Assembly (NCBI GenBank): GCA_963843145.1
Contig: CAWJJC010000025.1
Span: 1 to 64,000 of the forward strand
DNA from: an uncultured delta proteobacterium
GTDB taxonomy: Bacteria > Desulfobacterota > RBG-13-43-22
Reading direction: 5' to 3'
DNA: 64,000 nt
Below, piece after piece: positions 20,193 through 30,896 of this stretch. Numbering within the stretch: the first letter of the stretch is position 1; each line of letters starts with the position of its first letter. The notes beneath the pieces were generated by a model. That model saw only the letters and a program-made list of their open reading frames with translations. It did not search any database and had not been told where the DNA came from. The position numbers and the translations under genes were made by a program.

Positions 20193-20663
20193 ATGCGCAT
20201 CGGCGTCCTTTCCGATACCCATCTGACCCAGGTCACCCCGGCCTTGGAGAAGATCATCGAGGAGTGTTTCCGGGATGTCGATCTCTTGATTCATGCCGGG
20301 GATATGGTCGGGTTCGCGGTGTACCGCTACCTGACCGCCCTCCCGCTGGAGGCGGTGCAGGGGAACATGGATGAGTGGGCGCTCCGGGAGGAATTGCCGG
20401 TTAAAAAAACCCTCCACCTGGGAGGCTTTCAAATCGGCCTGATGCACGGCTGGGGATCGGCGCTGGGGCTGGAAGAACGGATCCGCCGGGAGTTCCCCGA
20501 AGCGGACGCCATTGTTTACGGGCATTCCCATATCCCGGCCAATCATTGGAGCGGCAACCAGTTTTTTTTCAATCCCGGTTCAGCCTCCGGGTCCGGCCAC
20601 CGGCCGACGGTCGGCATTCTTCAACTGGGATCACAACTAACGGGTGAACTCATTGAAATTTAG
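20193..20663 (+). CDS. YfcE/MJ0936-type metallophosphoesterase
   Basis: SDTH, HAGD, VQGNMD, MHG, YGHSH, NPGS. Confidence 0.92.
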   Translation: MRIGVLSDTHLTQVTPALEKIIEECFRDVDLLIHAGDMVGFAVYRYLTALPLEAVQGNMDEWALREELPVKKTLHLGGFQIGLMHGWGSALGLEERIRREFPEADAIVYGHSHIPANHWSGNQFFFNPGSASGSGHRPTVGILQLGSQLTGELIEI

Positions 20664-20672
20664 GAGAAAACC

Positions 20673-21164
20673 GTGAAGGTTTTATGGGCCCCCTGGCGGA
20701 TGGAATATATCCTCAATAACCAAAAAGAACCCGGTTGTATTTTCTGTCCGACCTCTTTAGACGAAATGAAAGAGCGGCACATCCTTTATTGGGGTGAAAC
20801 CACCCTGGTGATGATGAACAAGTTTCCCTATAACAACGGCCATCTGTTGGTAGCCCCGGTCAGACATGTCCCCGACCTGGAACCCTTGACCGATAAAGAA
20901 CTTTCGGCCCTGCTGGCCATGGTCCGCCGATCGGTGGCCATCCTCAAGCAGGTCCTCAACCCGGAAGGATTCAATGTGGGTTTGAACCTGGGGAAAGTGG
21001 CCGGTGCCGGGGTGGCCGATCACCTGCATTTTCACATCGTACCCCGCTGGAACGGGGACACGAATTTCATGGCCGTGGTCGGCGACCTGCGGGTCATTCC
21101 GGAGCATCTGGACCAGACCTATGAACGTCTGGCCAGGTGTTTCCAGGAGGTGAGGGAAGGCTAA
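20673..21164 (+). CDS. HIT family nucleotide hydrolase
   Basis: LWAPWR, CIFC, NKFPYNNGH, HLHFHIVPRW. Confidence 0.93.
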   Translation: MKVLWAPWRMEYILNNQKEPGCIFCPTSLDEMKERHILYWGETTLVMMNKFPYNNGHLLVAPVRHVPDLEPLTDKELSALLAMVRRSVAILKQVLNPEGFNVGLNLGKVAGAGVADHLHFHIVPRWNGDTNFMAVVGDLRVIPEHLDQTYERLARCFQEVREG

Positions 21165-21165
21165 A

Positions 21166-21516
21166 ATGACCAACCTCAAGCTTTTTTTTTACATCCTCCT
21201 ACTGCTGCTGTTGCTCGTTTTTGTAGTTCAAAATTATACCACCTTGACCACCAACCATTCGCTGCATTTAAATCTAGGGCTCGTCAATCTGGAATCCGTT
21301 CCCCTGCCCTTCTACCTGACGGCCTTCCTTCTTTTTATGATGGGATTTCTCTTGGCCGGGCTGCTGTATTTTTTCAAGGCTCTTCATTTGAAAAAGGAAA
21401 TCAAGTCCCTGCAAAATATAAATCGCACTCTGGAAACGGAACGGCAGCGTCTCGAAGATCGGTCGGCTCCCGCCACCCGGATCAAAACAGCCTCTCCTTT
21501 ACCCCCCCGGGAATAA
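21166..21516 (+). CDS. LapA-like membrane protein
   Basis: TM helix-FVVQN, second TM, coiled-coil tail. Confidence 0.7.
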   Translation: MTNLKLFFYILLLLLLLVFVVQNYTTLTTNHSLHLNLGLVNLESVPLPFYLTAFLLFMMGFLLAGLLYFFKALHLKKEIKSLQNINRTLETERQRLEDRSAPATRIKTASPLPPRE

Positions 21517-21598
21517 AAACTTCCCATGTTTTTTTGTTGCTCACCTTCCCGACGCCCGAATACCACCGGGCTCCTGATTTCGCGGAGCATCGTTCCGG

Positions 21599-24220
21599 AT
21601 GAATAAAACAACGCCCATGCTGGAACAATACCTGGAAATTAAAGCCCGGCATCAGGATTATCTCCTTTTGTACCACCTGGGAGATTTTTACGAGATGTTT
21701 TTCGAAGACGCCCTGGTCGCCTCCCGGGTCCTGGAGATCACGCTGACTTCTCGAAATAAGGGAGCGGCGAATCCCGTCCCCATGTGCGGCGTTCCGGTGC
21801 AAGCCGTTTCCGGCTATATCGCCCGCCTGGTTGAAAAAGGGTACAAGGTCGCCCTCTGCGAGCAGGTGGAAGATCCGGCCCTGGCCAAAGGAATCGTGCG
21901 TCGGGAAGTAACGCGCTTGATCACCCCCGGCGTCTTTCTGGATGAGCCTTCCAATCAGGGAAACCGGTATCTTCTCTCGTTATGCCCGCGGGAGAAGACC
22001 ATCGGACTGGCGGTGGTCGATCTCTCCACCGGGGAATTCCGGGTTACGGATTTTCAAAACCCCAACCAGACTTTGGAGGAAATCGCCCGGCTAGGGCCGG
22101 CGGAGGTCCTCCTGCCGCGGTCCCTAAAGGAGAACCCCGCGCTCCAGGATTTCAGGGAAAAGCTGAGCGCCTATTTCTTAAGCTTTGGACAGGACTCGAC
22201 CTTCGAATTGAATCGCGCCGAATCCCTGCTGAAAGATCACTTTCAGGTCCACTCCCTGGCCGGCTTTGGCCTGGCGGATAGACCGGAGGGCATCCGGGCC
22301 GCCGGGGCCCTTTTTTTGTACTTGCAGGAAACCCAAAAAGGGGACCTCTCCCATTTACGCAGCCTGCAAGTCTATCACCTTTCCGAATTCCTGACCCTGA
22401 ACGAATCCACGCAGCGCCACCTGGAACTGACCCGGACCCTTTACCGGGGCACCCGCCAGGGTTCCCTGCTCTCCATTCTGGACCAGACCCTGACGGCCAT
22501 GGGCAGCCGGAAACTCAAACACTGGATCACCTATCCCCTGCGAGAACGAGAGCGCATCCAGGAAAGGCAGGAACGGGTGGAAGCGCTCGTCGAAGATCCC
22601 CCGCTACGTCAGCGGTTGCGGGCCTCCCTGGAACGCATCTACGACCTGGAACGCCTGGTGGCCAAGTCCTGCCTCCAGCAGGCCACCCCCCGTGACCTGG
22701 TGGCCCTGAAAATCTCACTCCAGCAGCTTCCGGCCTTTCGGGAATCATTACTTCAAAGCCGACAGGCGTCCTTAAGCACCCTGGGGCAGGGGCTGGATCC
22801 CTTAACCGATATGGCGGACGCCCTCCAGCAGGCCCTGCTGGATGAACCCTCCCCGACTATCCGGGATAAGGAGTCCCGGGTCATTCGCCGGGGCTACCAC
22901 CCGACCCTGGACCAATACCTGCACGTCAGCCTGGAAGGGAAGGAGTGGATCGCGGCCCTGGAAGCCAAGGAACGGAAACGATCGGGGATCGGCTCTCTGA
23001 AGGTGGGCTTCAATCGGGTCTTTGGTTATTACCTCGAAGTCTCCAAAGCCAATCTGCATCTGGTCCCCGAGGATTACCAGCGCAAGCAAACCCTGGTCAA
23101 CGGCGAACGCTTTCTGACCCCCGAATTAAAGGACTACGAAACCCTGGTCCTCGAAGCCGAAGAAAAACGCTGGCAACTGGAAATGCAGCTCTTCCAGGAA
23201 ATTCGTCAGCAGGTGGCTCGGGAAAGCGGTCGCCTGCAACAAACCGCCCGGATCGTTTCCGACCTGGACGTCCTGGCCGCACTCGCCCAAATAGCTCAGG
23301 AAAATCATTACTGCCGGCCGGTCCTCAATAACGGTGAAGCGATCCGGATCCAGGACGGCCGACATCCGGTGATCGAAAAGCATCTGCCCGCCCAAGCCTT
23401 TGTCCCCAATTCCATCACGCTGGACAATGAAACCCAGCAAATGATCATCATTACCGGGCCCAATATGGCCGGCAAATCCACCGTCCTGCGCCAGACGGGC
23501 CTGATCGTTTTGATGGCCCAGATGGGCTCCTTCGTTCCGGCGGCGGCGGCGGAAATCGGCCTGGTGGACCAGATCTTCACCCGGGTGGGGGCCTCAGACG
23601 ACCTCTCCCAGGGGCAGAGCACTTTCATGGTGGAAATGCAGGAGACGGCTCAGATTCTGCACCAGGCCACCCCGCAAAGTTTAGTTTTGCTCGACGAAAT
23701 CGGCCGGGGAACCAGTACCTTTGACGGATTGAGCATCGCCTGGGCGGTAGCCGAAGGCCTTCATGATCTGCGGGGTCGGGGGGTAAAAACCCTCTTTGCC
23801 ACCCACTATCACGAATTGACGGACTTGACGCAGACCAAAAAAAAAGTTAAAAATGTACATGTGGCGGTCAAGGAATTCAACAACCAGATCATCTTCCTCC
23901 GCAAGCTGAAGGAAGGCGGAACCAGTCGCAGTTACGGAATTCAAGTGGCCCGGCTGGCCGGCATCCCCGACGCGGTGATTGAACGGGCCCGGGAGGTCCT
24001 CGATAATTTGGAAAGAGGAGAACTGGACCTCTGGGGAGTGCCCCCGCTGGCCCGGTCTTCCCTTCAGCCCGGGGAAAACCCATCGGCCCAGATGGAGATT
24101 TTTCCCCACCTGAACGGGGTTCTGGAAGAACGGCTCAAAAACCTTTCGCTTGACCACTTAACTCCTTTCCAAGCCTTGGTGACTTTGAAGGAATTAAAGG
24201 ATTTGATTGAGGAAAAATAA
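21599..24220 (+). CDS. mutS: DNA mismatch repair protein MutS
   Basis: TPMLEQY, GDFYEMF, GPNMAGKST, STFMVEM, DEIGRGTST, ATHYHEL. Confidence 0.98.
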   Translation: MNKTTPMLEQYLEIKARHQDYLLLYHLGDFYEMFFEDALVASRVLEITLTSRNKGAANPVPMCGVPVQAVSGYIARLVEKGYKVALCEQVEDPALAKGIVRREVTRLITPGVFLDEPSNQGNRYLLSLCPREKTIGLAVVDLSTGEFRVTDFQNPNQTLEEIARLGPAEVLLPRSLKENPALQDFREKLSAYFLSFGQDSTFELNRAESLLKDHFQVHSLAGFGLADRPEGIRAAGALFLYLQETQKGDLSHLRSLQVYHLSEFLTLNESTQRHLELTRTLYRGTRQGSLLSILDQTLTAMGSRKLKHWITYPLRERERIQERQERVEALVEDPPLRQRLRASLERIYDLERLVAKSCLQQATPRDLVALKISLQQLPAFRESLLQSRQASLSTLGQGLDPLTDMADALQQALLDEPSPTIRDKESRVIRRGYHPTLDQYLHVSLEGKEWIAALEAKERKRSGIGSLKVGFNRVFGYYLEVSKANLHLVPEDYQRKQTLVNGERFLTPELKDYETLVLEAEEKRWQLEMQLFQEIRQQVARESGRLQQTARIVSDLDVLAALAQIAQENHYCRPVLNNGEAIRIQDGRHPVIEKHLPAQAFVPNSITLDNETQQMIIITGPNMAGKSTVLRQTGLIVLMAQMGSFVPAAAAEIGLVDQIFTRVGASDDLSQGQSTFMVEMQETAQILHQATPQSLVLLDEIGRGTSTFDGLSIAWAVAEGLHDLRGRGVKTLFATHYHELTDLTQTKKKVKNVHVAVKEFNNQIIFLRKLKEGGTSRSYGIQVARLAGIPDAVIERAREVLDNLERGELDLWGVPPLARSSLQPGENPSAQMEIFPHLNGVLEERLKNLSLDHLTPFQALVTLKELKDLIEEK

Positions 24221-24224
24221 GCCT

Positions 24225-25991
24225 ATGTCTCTTTCAGGATCATGGAAAGCACCGCTACCGCTGCTCCTCTGGGGATTGGTCTTTTGGAGCCTCCTCGTCC
24301 CTCGGCAACTCTGGGCCGTTTCCGCTCCGAACCTCGAAGAGGCCTACCAGGATTCGCGAAAAGCTTTTCTGACCCTGGAAAAATCCCCCCAGCGTCAGTA
24401 TCGCCATAACTGGCAGCCCCTGATCGACCAGTTTAAACAGTTCTATAAGGAGCAGCCCCAATCCCTTTGGGGAGAGAAGTCCATGTTCATGCTCGGCCGG
24501 ATTTATCTAAACCTCTATCAGCAGTCGTGGCTGCCGGCCGACCTGGACTTGGCCCAGGATTATTTTATCCGTTTTACCAACCATTACCCCGAAAGCTCCC
24601 TGGCCGACGACGCCCTGTTCAAGTTGGCGGAAATCCAGCAGCGCTTTAGGATGAATCCGGATCAGGCCCGGGACCTGTTGCAAACCCTAATCAAAAAATA
24701 CCCCCAGGGCGATATGCGGAAGAAAGCCGAAGACCTTCTGGCCCAAATGGGTAAGGAGGCCCCGGCGGCGTTGACTCCGCCCCTGGCCCCCCCCCCTGAA
24801 ATCCTTCCCCTCGAAGAACAAAATGCGACTCCGCCTGCCGAGCCCCTGGCTAAGTCTTTGCCCCAGGTCACCGGCATCCGCTACTGGACGACCCCTGAAT
24901 ACACCCGGATCGTGGTGGATGTGGAAGAAAAGGTTTCCCTTCGCCAGCGGCTGCTTAAAAAAAATCCCGCCATTGAAAAACCGGAACGTCTTTATCTGGA
25001 TCTCTATCCGGCCCGGCTAAATAAAAAACTTAAAGAACCTCTGGTCATCCAGGACGGATTGCTCCGCTCAGCCAGGGCCGGCCAGTACGACCTTTCCACG
25101 GTCCGGGTGGTGCTCGATATTGAAAGTATTAAAGGCTACAAGGTTTTTTTCCTGGAAAATCCTTTTCGAGTCATTATCGACGTTACCGGCAAGGAAAAAC
25201 AGGTGGCGGCTCCGCTTCCCGACACTCCGGCGAAGGACCAGAAATTATCCTTGGCTCAGCAATTGTGTCTGGGGGTCCAGCGAATGGTCATTGATGCCGG
25301 CCACGGGGGGAAGGACAAGGGGGCCATCGGAGATGGCACCCTTTATGAAAAAGACCTGACCCTGCAATTAGCCAAAAAATTGGCCCATAAAATCCGGCGG
25401 GAATTAAAAATCCAGACCATTATGAGCCGCGAAAGCGATCGTTTTATTCCCCTGGAGGAACGAACGGCCATCGCCAACACCAAGCAGGCCGACCTTTTCC
25501 TATCCATTCATGTCAACGCCAGCCCCAACCCGCTGGCCCAGGGAGTTGAGACCTACTTCTTAAACCTGGCTTCCGACGAGGAGGCGGTGCGGGTAGCGGC
25601 CAGGGAGAACGCCACTTCCACGAAACGGATCGGTGACCTGCAAAAAATCCTGAAAGACTTGATGTTGAACACCAAAATCGACGAATCCTCCCGACTGGCC
25701 CATCATGTCCAGCAAAACCTGTATGAGACCCTGAACGAAAAATTTGGGCCGATAAAAAATTTAGGGGTCAAGCAGGCCCCCTTTTACGTCCTCATCGGGG
25801 CCCAGATGCCTTCCATCCTGGTGGAAGTCTCTTTTATCAGCAACTCCCAAGATCGGGAACGCCTGACGCAGGAGGACTACCAGGAGCAGATTGTCGAGGG
25901 AATTTTTAAGGGGGTGGAGCGGTACATCAAAGAGACCAAGCTGGCTGGGATCCAGCCGGAGGTCCCCCTGGCCAGATCAGCCCCCCGGTGA
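24225..25991 (+). CDS. amiC: N-acetylmuramoyl-L-alanine amidase (TPR-like + AMIN + Amidase_3)
   Basis: ADDAL TPR-like segment, YTRIVVD/VRVVLD AMIN, IDAGHGGKD, SIHVNA, ILVEVSFISN. Confidence 0.9.
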   Translation: MSLSGSWKAPLPLLLWGLVFWSLLVPRQLWAVSAPNLEEAYQDSRKAFLTLEKSPQRQYRHNWQPLIDQFKQFYKEQPQSLWGEKSMFMLGRIYLNLYQQSWLPADLDLAQDYFIRFTNHYPESSLADDALFKLAEIQQRFRMNPDQARDLLQTLIKKYPQGDMRKKAEDLLAQMGKEAPAALTPPLAPPPEILPLEEQNATPPAEPLAKSLPQVTGIRYWTTPEYTRIVVDVEEKVSLRQRLLKKNPAIEKPERLYLDLYPARLNKKLKEPLVIQDGLLRSARAGQYDLSTVRVVLDIESIKGYKVFFLENPFRVIIDVTGKEKQVAAPLPDTPAKDQKLSLAQQLCLGVQRMVIDAGHGGKDKGAIGDGTLYEKDLTLQLAKKLAHKIRRELKIQTIMSRESDRFIPLEERTAIANTKQADLFLSIHVNASPNPLAQGVETYFLNLASDEEAVRVAARENATSTKRIGDLQKILKDLMLNTKIDESSRLAHHVQQNLYETLNEKFGPIKNLGVKQAPFYVLIGAQMPSILVEVSFISNSQDRERLTQEDYQEQIVEGIFKGVERYIKETKLAGIQPEVPLARSAPR

Positions 25992-26022
25992 TTCTGCACT
26001 TACCGATTGCGTCGTGACCCCA

Positions 26023-27555
26023 TTATTTCTTCAAACTCCCGGGCAGTTGAAATTCGCCCACCGGTCCCGCACCTTCCAGGATATAGGCTGCGGCCCGGTT
26101 GCCGCTTTCCAGGGCGGTGGGGACGCCCCCCCGGAAAAGTGCCGAAAAGGCCTGATAGCCCACCATGAAAAGCCCGCCGATCGGGGTGCGAATCAATTCC
26201 CGGGGACTCGCGTCACGGCCGTCTTCATAGTTCCAGGACCAGCCGGCCACCGCTCCCTCGCTCCGCCCGCCCTGTTCTTCAAAGGTCAAGGGAGTGGCCA
26301 CATCCAGGGTTTCAATGGCCCCGCTCAAGCCGGGAATAATTTTTTCCGCTTCCTGGGTCATGGCCCGGCCCAGGGCCAGTTTATACTCCCGGTAACCGGC
26401 CAGCCGCCGGCCCCGGGCTGGGCGAAAACGGGCAAAATGCCCGTGGTCGGCAGCGGTGCGGATCACCAGCACGGCCCGTCCGGCAGGAGCTAAAGCAGGA
26501 TCGTCGGCGCTCCATAGACAGAGCTCCATTTGCCCCGCGGCCAGTCTGGAGGGCTCGATTCTTGGGGCGGACCAGTCCGGGAGCGTTTCCTCCCCTTCAC
26601 TCTGATAAATAATCCGGCTGCCTTGATCAAAGGTCGACAGGTCCACTTTTCTTCCCTGGAGACCTAAGCTCACTTGAAGATTGGATTCGGTCTGCCGGGC
26701 CGCGGCCACTTCCCGATGAAGGGTCTCCGGAATTTCGCCTGGGTTCAGGAGCTGGAGAAAAGTAGTCTTAAAATCCCCATTGGAGACCACCACCGGCGCC
26801 TCCAGTACTTCCCCCGAAACCAGCCTCACTCCGGTCACCTTCCCCTTTTGAATCCGGATAGCCTCCACTTCCGACCCCAGCCGAATTTCGCCCCGACCTT
26901 TCAAAGAAAGGACCGCCGTTTGCAGCAGGCCGCCCAAGGCCCGCAGCCCCCCTTGCGGGTACCAGATCCCTTCCTCCGTCATCAGGCCCCACATAGCGGC
27001 CAGCAGGGGCAGCGCCGCGTAGGCTTCCGAGCCGCCCTGACTGCCCAACACCCGCCGCAAACGCCAATCCCCGATCAAAGAGTCCAGGTATTCCCGGGCG
27101 GGCTCGCTCGCGGCGGCTTCCAAAGCGATGCGGTTTTTTTCGGAACACGGTTCGCGCAGGAGGTTGAACAGGCTTTCGACTTTTTCAAAAAAACGGGTTA
27201 TCCCCTGGGCCTCTTGAGGAAAGGTCCGGATGAAAGCCGCCCGCAGGGCCGGACGGGAAAGAGACAAGGGGAGGTTCAGTCCGAAGGCTCGCAACCGATA
27301 ATGAACCCTTTTCAAGGGCAAGGCGGCTCCCGGGACCAATTCCGAAATCGTTTTTTGGACCAGGTGAGCGCTGCTGAAACCCAGGGGACCCATGGGAAAG
27401 GTGTAGCCGCCTCGGTTGAAGACCCAGGCGGTCCCGGCCACATGGGGATTCCGATCCAGGACCAGGACCTGACAACCGGCCCGGACCAGTCGGGCCGCCG
27501 CTACCAGCCCGCCCAGCCCCGCGCCGACTACAATGACGTCCGGTCGAGATCCCAT
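26023..27555 (-). CDS. FAD-dependent oxidoreductase, phytoene desaturase (CrtI-like) family
   Basis: VVGAGLGGL, YPQGG, VATPLTF, PIGGLFMVG. Confidence 0.85.
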   Translation of the reverse strand: MGSRPDVIVVGAGLGGLVAAARLVRAGCQVLVLDRNPHVAGTAWVFNRGGYTFPMGPLGFSSAHLVQKTISELVPGAALPLKRVHYRLRAFGLNLPLSLSRPALRAAFIRTFPQEAQGITRFFEKVESLFNLLREPCSEKNRIALEAAASEPAREYLDSLIGDWRLRRVLGSQGGSEAYAALPLLAAMWGLMTEEGIWYPQGGLRALGGLLQTAVLSLKGRGEIRLGSEVEAIRIQKGKVTGVRLVSGEVLEAPVVVSNGDFKTTFLQLLNPGEIPETLHREVAAARQTESNLQVSLGLQGRKVDLSTFDQGSRIIYQSEGEETLPDWSAPRIEPSRLAAGQMELCLWSADDPALAPAGRAVLVIRTAADHGHFARFRPARGRRLAGYREYKLALGRAMTQEAEKIIPGLSGAIETLDVATPLTFEEQGGRSEGAVAGWSWNYEDGRDASPRELIRTPIGGLFMVGYQAFSALFRGGVPTALESGNRAAAYILEGAGPVGEFQLPGSLKK

Positions 27556-27560
27556 TTAAA

Positions 27561-29555
27561 CTACCAGAACGAATTGCGATAATTCGGCTCCCGCTCGACC
27601 GAACCCGCCGGACCGATCGGCTCACCGCCATGCAGCGGGCAGCGGACCGTGGGTTCGGTCCCGGCCAGATAATCCTCTTCCTGTATTTTAGGGCACCCGC
27701 TATTGGCCAGGGCATTGGTCTGGACGTCAATCCAGGCCGACACCACCCCGGGAGGTCTGGTAAAATCCAGCACCGGTTTGTCTTTTAAGGCCCCTTGCAT
27801 GAACCTGGCCCAGAGAGGAGCGCAGATCGCTCCACCCGTAAAGCCCCGCCCCCCCGGCCGGGGCCGGTCATAGCCTACCCAAACCCCGGCTATCAATTGG
27901 GGGGTGTAGCCCACAAACCAGGTGTCCCGGTAATCATCCGTGGTCCCGGTCTTGCCCGCTGCCGGACGTTCTCTGGCAAACCCGGCGATCGATTTGGCGG
28001 TTCCGTAAAGTAAAACATCCTTCAGCATTTGGGTCATCACATAAGCCTCGGCCGAAGAAATGGCCGGGATGGAGAGGGGAGGATTTTCCAACCAGGCCTG
28101 CCGGTTTCGATCATAGAGACGGAGGATCATTCGGGGCTCCACCCGGACCCCCTGGTTGGCCAGCGGATCATAGGCCAAAACCAGATCGCTTAAGGAAAGT
28201 TCCTCCGTTCCCAGGGCCAGGGAAAGATCGTTGGGAGAACGCAGGGAAAGGCCCAGCCGGGCGGCGTATTCCAAGAAATAGGGGACTCCGATGCGCTCCA
28301 GCAGCTTGACGGTGATGATGTTGTTGGATATGGCCAAGGCCCGGCGCAAGGGGATTTCCCCGTATAATTTCCTTTCGTAATTCAGGGGCGTCCATTTTTC
28401 CCCATTTCCTTTGTTATAGGATACCGGGGTGTCGTTCCACAGGGAGCTGGCGGTCTGGCCCGCATCCAGGGCGGCGGCGTAAATCAGCGGCTTGATCGCC
28501 GAACCGGGCTGGCGCTTGGCGTAGAAAGCCCGGTTATAGGGACTCTTTTTATAATCTACCCCCCCCACCACGGCCAAGACATCCCCCGTAGCCGGATCGA
28601 GGCAGAGCAAGGCCCCCTGCAGCCCGGGCGCCAGACGCTTCACCCCTTCGCTGATCACCCGTTCCGCCAGACGCTGGAGGTCCAGGTCCAGGGAGGCGGT
28701 GACCTCCAGCCCCCCCCCTTCCAGGATTTCCGGTCCATAACGCTCCGCCAGTTTCTGACGGATATGGTCCATATAGTAGGGAGCCTCCCCCGGCTTGATA
28801 ATGCTGACCGGGCCGGCCATAAGTCTTCCGCCTAGGGCGGAGGAAATCATCTTCAGCTCCACCATCCGCCGCAGGACCAGATTCCGCCGGTCCCGCACCT
28901 TGGTCGGTTCGCCCAGGGGATTGTAGCGGGTCGGGGCTTTAGGAACCCCGGCCAGGAGGGCGCACTCCGCCTCATTCAACTCGTCGGGGTTCTTGTCAAA
29001 ATACAGGCGCGCCGCCTGGGCAAGGCCCCAGGCCCCATTGCCGAAAAAAACTTCATTGAAATACATCTCCAGAATTTTCTTCTTGGAATATTTCCGCTCG
29101 TACTCCATGGCCAGCAGTCCCTCTTTCACTTTGCGCTGGAGGGTTTTTTCCTGGGAGAGGTATTTGTTTTTGATCAACTGTTGGGTGATGGTCGATCCGC
29201 CCTCGGCCATTCGGCCCTTAATGACATCTTTCATCAGGGCCCGAGCGATGCCCTTGAAATCGATTCCGCTGTGTTCATAGAATCGGGCGTCTTCGATGGC
29301 CACCAGGGCGTTTTGCAGAAAAACCGGGATTCGTTCGATCGGCACCCAGTAGCGTTTCTCCGACAATATCCGCCCGACAAAGCGCCCTTTGACGTCGAAG
29401 ACTTTGATGGAACTGTACCGGGGAGGAAGCAGGGGATAGCGGACCACCGGTTCCTGGGCCTGGACCGAACCGCTGCCGACCAGGGCCAGCCCGGACGACA
29501 ACAGGACCAGAAAGGTCAAAAAATAATGCCTCAGCGCGCGGAGTCGATAGACCAT
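27561..29555 (-). CDS. Class A penicillin-binding protein (PBP1A family)
   Basis: EDARFYEH, GGSTITQQL, SAIK (SxxK), SNN, KTG. Confidence 0.93.
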   Translation of the reverse strand: MVYRLRALRHYFLTFLVLLSSGLALVGSGSVQAQEPVVRYPLLPPRYSSIKVFDVKGRFVGRILSEKRYWVPIERIPVFLQNALVAIEDARFYEHSGIDFKGIARALMKDVIKGRMAEGGSTITQQLIKNKYLSQEKTLQRKVKEGLLAMEYERKYSKKKILEMYFNEVFFGNGAWGLAQAARLYFDKNPDELNEAECALLAGVPKAPTRYNPLGEPTKVRDRRNLVLRRMVELKMISSALGGRLMAGPVSIIKPGEAPYYMDHIRQKLAERYGPEILEGGGLEVTASLDLDLQRLAERVISEGVKRLAPGLQGALLCLDPATGDVLAVVGGVDYKKSPYNRAFYAKRQPGSAIKPLIYAAALDAGQTASSLWNDTPVSYNKGNGEKWTPLNYERKLYGEIPLRRALAISNNIITVKLLERIGVPYFLEYAARLGLSLRSPNDLSLALGTEELSLSDLVLAYDPLANQGVRVEPRMILRLYDRNRQAWLENPPLSIPAISSAEAYVMTQMLKDVLLYGTAKSIAGFARERPAAGKTGTTDDYRDTWFVGYTPQLIAGVWVGYDRPRPGGRGFTGGAICAPLWARFMQGALKDKPVLDFTRPPGVVSAWIDVQTNALANSGCPKIQEEDYLAGTEPTVRCPLHGGEPIGPAGSVEREPNYRNSFW

Positions 29556-29721
29556 CTTATTCGTGGATCCTTTCCAAAGAAAAATTCGATTATATTCCAA
29601 ACCAGGTCCCTAATCAAGCCACCATTCTTCTTCGAGGCTCCATCCTTTTGAGAGGCCCCTCAGGGGCCGGGGAACTCTTTCAAGTTGACTTTGGCCGGGC
29701 CAAAGGTTTCTAATAAGGGAT

Positions 29722-30873
29722 ATGACCGACGAAGATCGAAAAACCAAAAAGCAGCTTGTCGCCGAACTCCTGACCCTGCGAAAACGGCTGGCCTCCTTGG
29801 AAAACAGCCGCCCACCCCTGCGCCCTCTAAGCCCTCCCCAGGTAAAGAATGAAGACCCCTACGGGGTGCTGGCGAATGCGGCCAATGATTTTATTTTCGT
29901 CATTGATCGCCGGGATCAAGTGGTTTATGTCAACCGCTCCGGGGCGAACCAACTGGGTCTCCCCGTCGAAAAAATAATCGGGACCCCCCGGAAAAACCTT
30001 TTTTCCGCCGGAGTGGCCGAAGCCCAGGGGAAAAGCCTGGAAAAGGTTTTCCAGACCGGAAACCCTCTCAATGTGGAAAATAAAATCATTTTCGGCACCC
30101 GGGAGGTCTGGATCAACACCTGGCTGGTACCTTTTCAGAAGGAAAAAAATCGGGTCCAGTCCATTTTAGGGATCTCCCGCGATATCACCGAACGGAAAAT
30201 GGCGGAGGAGAAACTCCAGAACTCCCAAAGAAAATTACGGGCCCTTTCAGCCCGGTTGCAATCGGTCCGGGAAGAAGAACGGGCCAAGATCGCCCGGGAA
30301 ATCCACGACGATCTGGGGCAGGCCTTGACCGTCCTGAAGCTGGACTCCGCCTGGGTGGAGAAAAATCTCCTCCCGAATCAGACCGCCCTGAGGGATAAAT
30401 TGCAGGCCATGGAAAAACGCATCGATCAGACCGTTCGATCCGTCCGGCGGCTTTCCACGGAACTGAGGCCCCGCATTCTGGATGACTTCGGACTGGTCGC
30501 GGCCCTGGAGTGGCAGACCCAGGAATTTGAAAAGAAAACCGGCATTCGCTGCCGATTCCGGTCCTCTCTTCAGAAACTCGATCTGGATCCGGACCGGTCG
30601 GTGGCTGTTTTTCGTATTTTTCAGGAAACCTTGACCAATGTAGTCCGCCATTCCGAGGCCACCAGGGTCGAAGCGGCCTTGAGTGAAGAGAAAAAGAGAT
30701 TACGGCTGACCATCCGGGATAACGGCCGGGGAATTTCTGAGGAAGAAATTTCCAGGAGCAAATCCCTGGGCCTGGTGGGCATGCGGGAGCGGGCCATCCT
30801 GTTTGGGGGGGAATTGACCATCCAGGGAAATCCGGGGAAAGGCACTACCGTGACCCTGAAAATCCCCGTTTAA
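29722..30873 (+). CDS. PAS sensor histidine kinase (HisKA_3, NarX/UhpB type)
   Basis: PAS/PAC (DITERK), IAREIHDDLGQ, QETLTNVVRH, DNGRG, GLVGMRER. Confidence 0.92.
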   Translation: MTDEDRKTKKQLVAELLTLRKRLASLENSRPPLRPLSPPQVKNEDPYGVLANAANDFIFVIDRRDQVVYVNRSGANQLGLPVEKIIGTPRKNLFSAGVAEAQGKSLEKVFQTGNPLNVENKIIFGTREVWINTWLVPFQKEKNRVQSILGISRDITERKMAEEKLQNSQRKLRALSARLQSVREEERAKIAREIHDDLGQALTVLKLDSAWVEKNLLPNQTALRDKLQAMEKRIDQTVRSVRRLSTELRPRILDDFGLVAALEWQTQEFEKKTGIRCRFRSSLQKLDLDPDRSVAVFRIFQETLTNVVRHSEATRVEAALSEEKKRLRLTIRDNGRGISEEEISRSKSLGLVGMRERAILFGGELTIQGNPGKGTTVTLKIPV

Positions 30874-30896
30874 GCTATTCGCTAACGGAGGAGCCC

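Noticed and set aside
26023-27555. Carotenoid biosynthesis locus
   Set aside because: A lone CrtI-family oxidoreductase with no crtB/crtE neighbours; the family has many non-carotenoid members
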